Part shown: positions 50,529-62,330 of the stretch, one piece after another
Layout of the letters: every line of letters starts with the position of its first letter
Numbering within the stretch: the first letter of the stretch is position 1
Assembly: GCA_030390025.1 (NCBI GenBank)
Contig: CM059432.1
Location: 20,276,001-20,340,000 of the forward strand
Length of the DNA: 64,000 bases
Direction: 5' to 3'
Origin: Squalus acanthias
Lineage: Eukaryota
The notes under the pieces: generated by a model
What the model saw: only the letters and a program-made list of their open reading frames with translations
Database searches by the model: none
What the model was told of the DNA's origin: nothing
Translations under genes and position numbers: made by a program

Positions 50529-51822
50529 TCCCGACTCGAGACCTGATCACCCGTCCTGAGGCCCGATCGCGCACCCTTGCTCGCTTATCTGAGGGCCGCT
50601 GTGACCCCAGCAGCAGCCCTATCTTCAATTATGCTTCACCGGTAACACTGTGCCGCTCGCTGGCTCCGTGGAAATGAGGCCCAACATGAAGGCACTTTGG
50701 GCCTCACCATTCAGGCACAGGGATTGTACTCTGCTCCCTCTACAATGGTGCCCAAGTGTCTAGGCCATGGTTGCTTGATCTTATGATGTACACATTTAAT
50801 ACTGCTTTGCATTTTATCCTACCGGGTAAAGTTAGGAGTGAATGTAAACTAATTAGATGTTGGAAACTTTGTGTTCTGCAAAGAACATTCAGTACTTACA
50901 GCTCCAATATAATAATGCCCAAGAGTCCATTTCACCTCTCCACAGACATTTTAATGTTGCTATTGATTTGGAGAGAATTTCTTATTCTCATTGCGTCACT
51001 TAACTTACTAATTTACAAATAAATCACTGATTTTAGATGATATTTATGAATTGCCTTCCAATTTTCACCCCTCTCTTCCTAAAGTGTCGGCTGCTTGCAT
51101 TGGCTTTCACGTGCGGCTATTTAAATGAAGTGTCAACATGCTCCTCGACTGCAGGAGGCCGATAGTGTCCTCACCTGAATAGTTAGCTGTCACTTTGGGA
51201 GCATTGGCCAACTTGCCCCGAACCCAGAGGCAATCAGGACAAATGTAGTGCTCTCCTAACCCTGGCTCAGATCAGCTAACTCTCCAATAAAGCAGAAAAG
51301 CACTTTCATTTATCTGGCATCTTTCACATGGTCAGAAAGTCCGAAAGCACTTCACAGCCAATAAATTCTTTTGAAGTGCAGCCACTGTTGTTCTTGCGGA
51401 CAAACATGGCAGCCAAATTGTGCTGATAAATGACTAAATAATCCGTTTAAGTGTTGTTGGAGACCAGGAATTGAACCTTGGACCTTACTGGTCAGCATGG
51501 TTCGGTTCTCGTTACACAATTTCACATTAATGTAACACAAAGTGCAACAATGACCACACATTCTGTCAGTAATTGCAAGGGCCGGTGCAGTGATTTTGGA
51601 GATCAAGAAAATGATGAAGTGGCAATGTAGTTCAGGATTCTTTATCATTACCGCATTCTTCTTCTGCTCTCTGCCCCTTTTATCTTTTTACATTTTTCTC
51701 CTTCAGTTTTGCTTTTATTCTGCCGCTATACATTCCCTACCAGGAAGAGGCGGCGGTTGATGTGCATTCAGGCCTCGCCAGTTCCCGATTCCATTGCTTG
51801 AAATTACATTGCAGTGGATTTG

Positions 51823-52297
51823 TTTTTTTTTTTAATTCGTTTACGGGATGTGGGTGTTGCTGGCAAGGCCAGCATTGATTGTCCATCCCTAATTGCCCTC
51901 GAGATGGTGGTCTTGAATCGCCTTCTTCAACCGCTGCTGTCCTTGCGGTGAAGGTACTCCCACAGTGCCGACTTTGTCGTAGCGGTTTGGTACAACTGGG
52001 TGGCTTGCTGGGCCATTTCAGAGGGCAGTTAAGAGTCAACCACATTGCTGTGGGTGGAGAGTCACATATAGGCCAGATTGGGTAAGGACATTAGTGAACC
52101 AGATGGGTTTTAACGACAATCCGGTAGTTTCATGGTCACCATTACTGATGCTAGCTATTTTTAAATGCAGATTATTTAATTAACTGAATTTAAATTCCCC
52201 AGCTGCCATGGTGGGATTTGAACTCATGTCTCTCGCTCATTAGTCCAGCCCTCTGGATTACTAGTCCAGTCACATAACCACTATGCTACTGTACCCC
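51823..52297 (-). mobile_element. Third tRNA-SINE family, tail shared with the A-tailed LINE
   Basis: Minus-strand head tagcatagtggttatgtgactggactagtaatccag...gagttcaaatccc (A and B boxes); the 3' part matches 58566-58705; A tail. Confidence 0.75.
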
Positions 52298-52794
52298 ATG
52301 GATTGGGAGTGGCTTCAATTTTTTTCCCCCTCCCTTTCTTATGAGGAAATACCTAAGCTGTTTCCTGCACCTTCCTTTGAGAGGCAAGACCAACGTTGGA
52401 GACTTGTATTTTTACATAGCTTCATGAATTGTTCTAGTTTGGATATGGTGTAGGTTGTAAAAAAAAAATGAAACCTTTCATAATAGATATTGAGGGTGGA
52501 GCACAAGTGTTGGGCCGATGGCACCACTTAAACCACCTCCGCCAAGGTGCACTGAAGATACGGCACAATTGCTTTCCAATTTCTGCAGTCAGATACTGAG
52601 CTGCTTAACCTAAAGATCCCGTTCCGAACATCTGCACCATTTGGCCAAAGTACAAATGAATGGAAAAAAAATACAATGAATGGAGAATGGCAGCTGCTGG
52701 TGTCAAAAACAGTGTGAAAGCATCAGCCAAGCACCTTTTCACTTCCACAAGCATAACTGCTGCACTTGATTCAGGTTTGATGGCAAGTGTATGA

Positions 52795-53328
52795 ATACAA
52801 GGATAGGCGCACCAACGTCAGTGTTCTCGCTCAGGCCAACATCCCCAGCATCGAAGCTTTGACGACGCTCGATCAGCTCCGATGGACGGGTCACATCGTC
52901 CGCATGCCCGATACGAAACTCCCAAAACAAGCGCTCTACTCGGAGCTCCGACACGGCAAGAGAGCCCCAGGTGGGCAGAGGAAACGCTTCAAGGACACCC
53001 TCAAAGCCTCCTTGAAAAAGTGCAACATCCCACCGACACCTGGGAATCCCTGGCCCAAGACCGCACAAAGTGGAGGAGAAGCATCTGGGAAGGCGCCAAA
53101 CACCTTGAGTCTCTTCGCTGGGAGCAAGAGGAAGCCAAGCGCAAGCAACGCAAGGAGCGCACGTCAACCCAAACACCCCACCCCACCCGCCCCTTCAACC
53201 ACTGTCTGCCCCACCTGTGACAGAGACCGTAGGTCCCGCATTGGACTCATCAGTCACCTGAGAACTCATTTTTAATGTAGAAGCAAGTCATCCTCGGTTC
53301 CGAGGGACTGCCGAAGAAGAAGACGACG
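52795..53328 (+). mobile_element. RTE (BovB-like) LINE 3' fragment
   Basis: DRRTNVSVLAQANIPSIEAL...QLRWTGHIVRM...CPTCDRD.RSRIGLISHLRTH; gaagaagaagac tail. Confidence 0.93.
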
Positions 53329-54737
53329 AGGACAAGGTAAAAACTTTAGCAGTGAAATCCAAAGTCTGAAGCCTAAATATAAATATTAGCAGTTTCCATT
53401 CACGGAGGGCACAAGTGTAACACTGAGAATTTATCTCCTTTTCACTTAAGTATAAAATAATTGTCTCACACCGCCACCAGCCTGATGTAACAGTTGCTGC
53501 AATCTACATGTTAATATGTATTTGATTTAGTTATCATGCTACTGTCGCACTACCAAGTGCTGTTCTTGCTCCATCAAACTGACAGTGTGAAATGAATGCT
53601 GAAAGCCTGTGCTCGATAACCCCCCCCCTGATTTTGAGTGGTTTGCATTTTAAAAATTGATGGACGGCTCAGACCAATTTCTCTTAAAATTAAAATCAAG
53701 TTAATTTTGACGACTAAACAATGTTCTCGGATGCAGTAAATGACAGATTTTCTTCACTTTATGCCCCACATGAATAAAAGCACACCAAGAGGAGGAGACA
53801 ATTAAATGGTAATTTGCTAAATGCTAAACAAATACAATCCCTACACCTGGTTGGGACCGGCAGGACGCATTAACACACAAGAATAATTTCCATAATGAGT
53901 TTCTATATATATTATATATTTCTTCCTTATTTTCTTAGCTAGCTCTGTTTGCAGGATAGTTTCCCTAAAATGTAAGCTCATTAAAGAGCATTAAAAATAT
54001 TAAAAGTATGTTGGCATTGAGCTTTTAGTCTGTACAGTAAAATCAGCAGCTGCGATTACAAGACAGAGGTTGTTGTCTTTTGGGGTCAGGGAAGGAGTAA
54101 TGCTTACGGTCTGGGATGGGTTAATGCCTATACGGCTGGCAGCAGATCAGGGTTGAACAGCAGAGATATGAGGATTGGAAAATATTTCAGAATCTGTGCG
54201 AGGATCAGGGGATATTTAAGCAAAACTTTTTCCTCAGGAGATTAATGGTGGGGGTGGGGGCAGGTGAGATCCTTTACGTCCACCTGAGGGGGCAGACGGG
54301 GCCTCGGAAATCCTAAGAAAATTGTTGGCATAGATCATTATTGGGAGTTCAAAATACAGCAATCCTCCCAAATTAATAATGAAGTTTAAGCCCACAATAG
54401 AGGTTCATTTCAGAGCATTTCTTTAAGGAAAATTTGATACTTTTCCAGTGGAAAATTCCAGTTTTCCCCAATTAGGATTTGATCACATCCAGAAGATCCG
54501 GAAATGACAGATAAAAGGAATTCTTCATGTTACTCTTGACAAATGAAGACAGGTCAAATTCCAAATCCAGAGAATTTCAGCTCAGGAATCTACCCATAGA
54601 AATCATAAAGCAGGTACTGTATTATGAAGTACCTCAAGAAATTACACAGTAACTGGAGAAGGAATTCACCTCAGGTTCCTCTAATAGTAAGCAAAAAAAC
54701 AATTGAGGTCTTGGTAAATTTTTTTTAGAGCTTCTAT

Positions 54738-55165
54738 TAGGAACATAGGAACAGGAGTAGGCCATTCAGCCCCTCGAGCCTGCCTGCTCCACCATTCAAT
54801 GAGATCATGGCTGATCTGTGACCTAACTCCATATACCCGCCTTTGGCCCACATCCCTTAATACCTTTGTTTAACGAAAAGTTATCAATCTCTGATTTAAA
54901 ATTAACAATTGATCTAGCATCAATTGCCATTTGCAGAAGAGTTTTCCAAACTTTTACCACCCTTTGTGTGTAGAAGTGTTTCCTAATTTCACTCCTGAAA
55001 GGTCTGGCTCTAATTTTTAGACTATGGCCCCTAGTCCTAGAATCCCCAACCAGCGGAAATAGTTTCTCTCGATCTACCCTATCTGTTCCCCTTAATATCC
55101 TGAAAACTTCGATCAGATCACCCCTTAACCTTCTAAATTCTAGGGAATACAACCCTAATTTGTGT
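54738..55165 (-). mobile_element. CR1 3' portion
   Basis: YSLEFRRLRGDLIEVF...TRGHSLKIRARPFRSEIRKHFYTQRVV. Confidence 0.9.
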
Positions 55166-55464
55166 AAGTGAATACAGAGGACTAGAAAAAAAAGAAAATG
55201 TTATCCTGATATTCCGCAAAGGATTGGTACATGAATCATGGAACCACAGACCAGTTCAACATTCATCGGTAGTGGGTAAAGTGCTCAAGAACATCAATGT
55301 TCACCTGAAGAGTGCAAAGCCTTAAGGAGTAGCATGGAGTTCGAAGCATTTCTCATTAACACTAGGCCAGATTTTGCTGAAAAAACTAATGGTGTTATTA
55401 ATGTGCAAATTGGCCAGCAACATGTAGCAAGGAAGAGATACCCCATGAATTGCAAATCACTAGG

Positions 55465-55917
55465 AAGAAAGACTTGTATTTATAAAGCGCCTTTCACGAC
55501 CACCGGACATCTCAAAGCGCTTTACAGCCAATGAAGTACTTTTGGAGTGTAGTCACTGTCATAATGTGGGAAACGCGGCAGCCAATCTGCGCACAGCAAG
55601 CTCCCACAAACAGCAATGTGACAATGACCAGATAATCTGTTTTTGTTATGTTGGTTGAGGGATAAATAGAGCCAGGACACCAGGGATAACTCCCCTGCTC
55701 TTCTTCGAAATAGTACCATGGGATCTTTTACGTCTACTTGAGAGAGCAGTTTAACATCTCATCCGAAAGACGGCACCTCCAACAGTGCAGCGCTCTCTCA
55801 GCACTGCACTAGAGTGTCAGCCTAGATTTTTGTGCTCAAGTCTCTGGAGTGGGGCTTGAACCCACAACCTTCTGACTCAGAGGCGAGTGCGCTATCCCAC
55901 TGAGCCACAGCTGACAC
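55465..55917 (-). mobile_element. Deu-domain tRNA-SINE, near full length
   Basis: Collinear with 33634-34095. Confidence 0.9.
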
Positions 55918-56508
55918 TCAACTACAAGTTGCTGGACGATTTGTGCCGTTTCACCCATTAGCTTTGTGAAAACGGCATCTCGCCCTTAAACTCCCCGTGA
56001 TTTTCATGAAGTTGCTGCATTTCCACATTAATTGTTCATTAAACTCGCCACAAAAAATTACACCTAGTCATTAGCAGCGTAAGTAGCCTTTTAAAAATGT
56101 GATAATTGTTAATGACTGCCAATCAATCTCTCTTGCCCAGAAGGTAAATAATTAGAAGTGCGGAGTCTCGTTCAATAGAAACCAGAATGTGACAAAAGAA
56201 AAAAGCTGTAACTGGGGACCAGTGACCAGTGGCTCAGTTGGTAGCACTCTCACCTCTGAGTCAGAAGGTTGTGGGTTTAAGTCCCACTCCAGAGACTTGG
56301 GCACAAGTTGCTGCACAAGACACTCCAGTGCAGTATTAAAGGAGTGCTGCACTTTTGGAGGTGGCTTCCTTCGGATGAGACATTAAACTGAGGCCCTGTC
56401 TGCCCTCTCAGGTAAAAGATCTCATGGCACTATTTGAAGAAGAGCAAGGGAGTTAGCCTCAGTGTCCTGGACAATATTTACCCCTCAAACAACATCATTA
56501 GAACAGAT

Positions 56509-57219
56509 CTCATTGGTTTCCTCTACATTGGGGAGACCAAACGCAGATTGGGTGACCGCTTTGTGGAACACCTCTGTTCAGTCCGTAAGGGTGACCCCCG
56601 AGCTTCTGTTCGCCTGTCACTTTAATTCTCCGCTACACTCCCACTCAGACCTCACCATCCTCGGCCTCTTGCATTGTTCCACGGAAGCTCAGCGGAAGCT
56701 CGAGGAACAGCACCTCATCTTTCGATTAGGCACTTGACAGCCTTCTGGACTCAACATAGAGTTCAACAATTTCAGATCATAACCTCGGCCCCTCTCATAT
56801 ATATATTTTTCATCCACACTTTTTGTCTGTGCCTTTTTTTCTTTTCTCCCACATGGCAGCCGTCTTTCATTCTGCCAGCACAATTTACACTTCATCTAGA
56901 GCCATCCTTTGTTTCTTAACCTGTCCCATTACCATCTCCTTTTGCCTTGAATATCTCAATGTCTCTTGATCTCTCCTGCCTTCTATCCTATCACAGACCT
57001 TCCCTTTTGTTCTTTCATCCCCTCCCCCCTTTCCCAGCCTCTACACTTGCTTAAAAATCTGTTCCATTTCCTGCTTTTTTCCAGTTCTGACGAAAGGTCA
57101 TCGACCTGAAACGTTAACTCGGTTTCTCTCTTCACAGATGCTGCCTGGCCTGCTGAGTATCTCCAGCATTTTCTGTTTTTATTTCAGATTTCCTGCATCT
57201 GCAGTATTTTCTTTTTGTG
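56509..57219 (+). mobile_element. Penelope-like element, 5'-truncated: GIY-YIG endonuclease C-terminus plus 3' repeat, 14-bp TSD
   Basis: LYIGETKRRLGDRFVEH...HFN..HSHSDL...QRKLEEQHLIFRLGT.QPSGLN (one frameshift, one stop); TSD tcattagaacagat at 56495-56508 and 57220-57233. Confidence 0.93.
57083..57119 (+). ncRNA. Minimal type I hammerhead ribozyme motif
   Basis: agtt-CTGACGA-a-aggtc atc gacct-GAAAC-GTT-aact, downstream of the GIY-YIG ORF. Confidence 0.78.
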
Positions 57220-58387
57220 TCATTAGAACAGATTATCTGGTCATTATCGCATTGCTGTTTATGGGACTTTGCTGTGCACAAATTGGCTGCCGCGTTTCCT
57301 ACAATAGTGACGGCACTTCATTGGCTCAAAAGCGCTTTGGGGCGTCCTGAGGTCGTGAAAGGCAAAAAAAAAAAGTGCTTCAGCCCCAGCAGAACACCTC
57401 CAACTGCACCAATATATTTTTCCATTTCACATGGAGTTCGGTCGCAGATCAGCCATGATCTCATTGAAGGGTGGAACAGGCTCAAGGGGCTAAATGGCAG
57501 ACTCCTTTTCCTATGTTCATACAGCTGTCCACCTGTGAGTTCCGTGTGGGAATTGCAGTTAGTGCCAATTTTGTGACTGAAACATTAAAGAATTTGCATA
57601 CTCTGGAGAGACTAGAGAAACTGGGATTGTTCTCTTTAGAGCAGAGAAGGTTAAGGGGAGATTTAATTGAGGTACGATGGGCAGAATAGCCTCTTTCTGT
57701 GCCGCATGATTCTTATGATAATCAAAAAAATTAGCAAAAAGTGCTGTTTCTTTCACGAAGTAGGGCGTCAGGTGAAACCATCACAGTTTCACGTCGTACA
57801 GCAAGGCTGCTCAATCTGGAGGAGCCAGTGCGCAGGAATGTCAGCAGCCTCGACAGTTATTCTTTGCCCGAATCTTTTCTTGCGTAGTCGTTAGCAATTT
57901 ACGCAAATGCCGACTCGATTCCACTCTCAATACTCATCGTACTACACACCCTTTTTCTTTCTATCCCAACCTCATTAAGGATCTCACTATTATAGCTTCC
58001 ACAAATGCACTTCACACACCATTTCCCCCAAATGCACTTCACAGTTCAACCCCACATTTCTGGACACACTAAGCCACCAAGCTCAGCATATTTCGCCACT
58101 CAATTTCATGCAACTCGTCTGACTGTCTTCTGCTCCAACGTGTGAATACTTTATCCACTCCTGCCCACAGTACCACATCTGGAGCCAGATTGATGCCAGT
58201 TGTGTGTACTGGAAAAAAGTGTTGGCGGAACAATTTGTCTTGGACAGTTGCGCAAAGTGGGCGATAGATAGCGAAACGGCAGCCAGTTTTACACTCGGCC
58301 CAATTTTCTTTTCCACTGAAGTCAATTTGCTAACGTTTTGGGCTACCGTCATTTTCACCCTCTCCACCTGTGTGTCCAATGTCTCCA

Positions 58388-59767
58388 ATGGGGTAATATG
58401 CTAGCATGGATTGAGGATTGGTTAACAGACAGAAAACAGAGAGCAGGAATAAATGGGTCATTTTCAGGTTGGCAGGCTGTAACTTGTGGAGTACCGCAAG
58501 GATCAGTGCTTGGGCCTCAGCTATTCACAATCTATATCAATGATTTGTATGAGGGGACCAAATGTTTTTTTTAATTCTTTTATGGGATGTGGGCGTCGCT
58601 GGCAAGGCCAGAATTTATTGCCCATTGCTAATTGCCCTTGAGAAGGGGGGTGGTGGTGAGCCACCTTCTTGAACCGCTGCAGTCCGTGTGGTGAAGGTAC
58701 TCCCATAGTGCTGTTAGGGAGGGAGCTCCAGGATTTTGACCCAGCGACGATGAAGGATCGGCGATATATTTCCAAGTCAGGATGGTGCGTGACTTGGAGG
58801 GGAACTTGCGCTTGCTGCCCTTGTCCTTCTAAGTGGAAGACATCGCGGGTTTGGGAGGTGCTGCCGAAGAAGCCTTGGTGAGTTGCTGCAGTGCATCTTG
58901 TAGATGGTACACTGGCAGCCACGGTACGCCGGTGGTGGAGGAGTGAATGTTTAAGGTGGCGGATGGGGTGCCAAATGTAATATATCCAAGTTTGCTGATG
59001 ATACAAAGCTGGGTGGGAATGTAAGTTGTGAGGAGGATGCAAAGAAGCTTCAAGGGGATACAGACATGCTAAGTGAGTGGGCAAGAACATGGCAAATGGA
59101 ATATAATGTGCAGAAATGTGAAGTTATCCACTTTGGTAGGAAAAATAGAAAAGCAGAGTATTTTTTAAATGGTGAGAAATTGGGAAATGTTGGTGTTCAG
59201 AGGGACCTGGGTGTCCTTGTACACGAATCACAGAAAGTTAACATGCAGGAACAACAAGCAATTAGGAAAGCAAATGGTATGTTGGCCTTTATTACAAGAG
59301 GATTTGAGTACAAGAGTAAAGACTTCTTACTGCAATTATATAGGGCCCTGGTGAGACCACACCTGGAGTATTGTGTACAGTTTTGGTCTCCTGACCGAAG
59401 GAAGGATAGACTTGCCTTAGAGGGAGTGCAACGAAGGTTCACCAGACTGGTTCCTGGGATGGGGGGATTGTCCTATGAGGACAGATTGAGTAGACTAGGC
59501 CTATATTCTCTCGAGTTTAGAAGAATGAGAGGTGATCTCATTGAAACATACAAAATTCTTACAGGGCTTGACAGGGTAGATGCAGGGAGGATGTTTCCCC
59601 TGGCTGGGGAATCTAGAACCAGGGGTCACAGTCTCAGAATAAGGGGTCGGCCATTTAGGACTGAGATGAGGAGAAATGTCTTCACTCAAAGGGTGGTTAA
59701 TCTTTGGAATTCTCTACCCCAGAGGGCTGTGGAGGCTCAGTCGTTGAGTATATTCAAGACAGAGATC
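58388..59767 (+). mobile_element. CR1 LINE RT/C-terminal portion, interrupted
   Basis: [12 protein letters not shown]...[13 protein letters not shown]; resumes SKFADDTKL at about 58985; ORF 59066-59800. Confidence 0.93.
58566..58970 (-). mobile_element. 3' fragment of an A-tailed non-LTR retrotransposon nested in CR1
   Basis: HSL.HRRTVAA...SFIVAGSKSWSSLPNS...LQRFKK; TSD ccaaatgt at 58558-58565 and 58971-58978. Clade not assigned. Confidence 0.85.
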
Positions 59768-59851
59768 CTATGTTCAATGTCTGCTGTCCCCTTACTGTGA
59801 GATTATACATTCGCATAACATAAAGAAATACAAATGCATGGTTATAGAAAA

Positions 59852-60253
59852 AAATAGGAGCAAGAGTAGGCCATTCAGCCCTTCGAGCCTGCTCCGCCAT
59901 TCAATATGATCATGGCTGATCCTCTATCTCAATACCGTATTCCCGCTCTCTCCCGATACCCCTTGATGCCTTTTGTGTCTAGAAATCTATCTATCTCCTT
60001 CTTAAATATATTCAGTGACTTGGCCTCCACAGCCTTCTGTGGTAGAGAATTCCATAGGTTCACCACCCTCCGAGTGAAGAAATTTCTTCTCATCTCAGTC
60101 CTAAATGTCCTACCCTGTATCCTGAGCCTGTGACCCCTCGTTCTAGAGCCCCCAGCCAGGGGAAACATCCTCCCTGCATCCAGTCTGTCTAGTCCTGTCA
60201 GAATTTTATACGTTTCAATGAGGCCCCCTCTCATTCTTCTGAACTCTAGTGAA
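59852..60253 (-). mobile_element. CR1 3' portion
   Basis: YSLEFRRMRGGLIETYKILTGLDRLDAGRMFPL...WNSLPQKAVEA. Confidence 0.92.
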
Positions 60254-60834
60254 TAGAATTCCACATTCTTTCTAATGTCAAACGAGCCCACTCACATATA
60301 TTTTCTTAATGACCTTAGCAATATGACATCAATGTTTCAGAAGAGCAAGATTTTGAAACATTTTCTTCCTAATTCTCCCAATCTTTGTGTGAAGGAATAG
60401 TCTCTTGTCTCAAAAATAATTGTTGCTCAAGTGCTCTGATGGATCAAATAGTTGACTTTTCCTGACAACAGGGAGTGGTGATGATCTTTCACTCTTTAAT
60501 ATTGCAGAACTCACCAGTATTAAGTGCTTTCTGTTAGAAAAGTCAGTCTGACCCTGCCACCATACATTGTGCTTAATGGCATTTAGACAATAAGTTTCTC
60601 ATTTCTCTCTAGTGAATTCTGACAAAGATTACTTTCCACAGAATTGTTAACGAACCAAAAGCAGTAACCTATGGCAACCATTTGGAGAAAAGGTACTGCA
60701 GGAAAGGCACAGAATACAATCACCACCACCTGTTAGGAGTCATTTGAGGTCGATCGTGAGTTAAAAAATCCCAGAAAGGGACTGAATTAAATTCAAGAAC
60801 TTTCATTTTTCATTGAAGGTGCTAAGACGAGGGT

Positions 60835-61130
60835 ACAGTTCCATGGTCAGTAGCGGCTCTCCAGTATCCCTGCTCTCTGGGATGATCCTGGAGTAGTGGA
60901 CTGTTTTGGCGGAGGAGACTGAGGCCCGATAGCATTTGATGCAGTTCAGCCAGATCTGGTGACGGACGGCTAAATCACTTGCGCTCCGAATACACTCAAG
61001 TCTGCACCCCTTGGACTTGATGGAGTGAAGCTGGGCCCTGCCGGGGGAACAACTGATAGACGAGAGAGTAAACGTTTTGCTGGGGACAAGGGCTCCAAAG
61101 GTGGTGGTGAGGGAGTGGTTGAGAAAATCA
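60835..61130 (-). mobile_element. L2 ORF2 internal fragment
   Basis: LNHSLTTTFGALVPSK...KSKGCRLE...HQIWL...SSAKTVHYSRII. Confidence 0.65.
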
Positions 61131-61535
61131 ACAAAGTTTATCTCTCCAGTACTAGCCAAATCAAGCGAGAGGTTAGAAGGATGTTTTCCCGACAAAAGAG
61201 CAAAGAAAAATAACGTGTGTGTACATAGCTACATATCATGTCCTCAGTGTGTCCTAAATCACTTTACAATGAATGAATTACTTTTTGTAATGTAGTCACT
61301 GTTGTTATGTAGGCCAAAAAACACAGGAAATTAATGAATGCCCAGATAACCTGTTTAGGTATTGGCTGAGGAGGAAATGATGGCTAGGACATCGGGAAGA
61401 GTCACTGCTCTTCTTCAAATAATATCAAAAATTCTTTTATGCCCACCCGGATGCAGATAGGACCGCCATGTAGTGTCTCAATTGAAGAATGTCATTTCCG
61501 ACTGTACAGCACTTCTTCAGTGCTGCAATGAAGCA

Positions 61536-62330
61536 TCAACAAGAACAACAATTTGAATTTATAAAGTGCCTTTAACATACTAAAATGTCGCAAGGTGCTG
61601 AATTCACAAGAGTGTTATCAAACAAAATTTGACACCGAGCCACATAAGGAGATATTGGTACAGGTAACCAAAGGCTTGGTCAGAGCGGTACGTTTTAAGG
61701 AGCGTCTTAAAGGAGGAGAGAGAGGGATAAAGAGGCAGAGGGGTTTAGGGAGGGAATTCCAGAGTTTAGGGCCTCGGCAGCTGAAGGCACGGCCGCCAAT
61801 GGTGGGGCGAAGGAAATCGGGGATGCACAGGGGCCAGAATTGGAGGAACGCAGAAATAGGGCGGGGCAAGGCTATGGAGGAATTTGAACACAGGATGAGA
61901 ATTTTAAATCAAAGCATTGCTGGACCGGGACCAAGGCAGGTCAGCAAGCACAGGGGCGATGGGTGAACGGGATGGTAAGTGTCAGGATATGAGCAGCAGA
62001 GCTTTGGATGAGCTCAAGTTTACGGAGGGTGGCAGAAGGTAAGCCGGCCAGGACAGCAATGAAATAGTCAGGCCTGGAGGTAACGAAAGCATGGATGAGG
62101 GGCTGAGCAGCAGCCGGGCTCAGTCGGGGGCGGAGGAGAGCGATATTTCGGAGGTGGAAGTATCGGTCTTGGTGATGGAGGGGATATGGGGTCGAAAGCT
62201 CAGCTCAGGGTCAAACAGGACGCCAAAGCTGCAAACGGTCTGGTTCAGCCTCAGACATTGGCCAGGGAGGGGAATGGAATCGATGTCTAGGGAACGGAGT
62301 TTGTGGCGGGGGCTGAAGACAATGGCTTTG
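61536..62330 (-). mobile_element. L2 LINE 3' portion
   Basis: IGGRAFSCRGPKLWNSLPKPL; collinear with 14214-14982. Confidence 0.88.

Larger units (their letters stand above)
56225..57365 (+). mobile_element. Deu-domain tRNA-SINE split by a Penelope-like insertion
   Basis: Head at gtggctcagttggtagcactc; body resumes at 57220 with agaacagattatctggtc. Confidence 0.88.
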
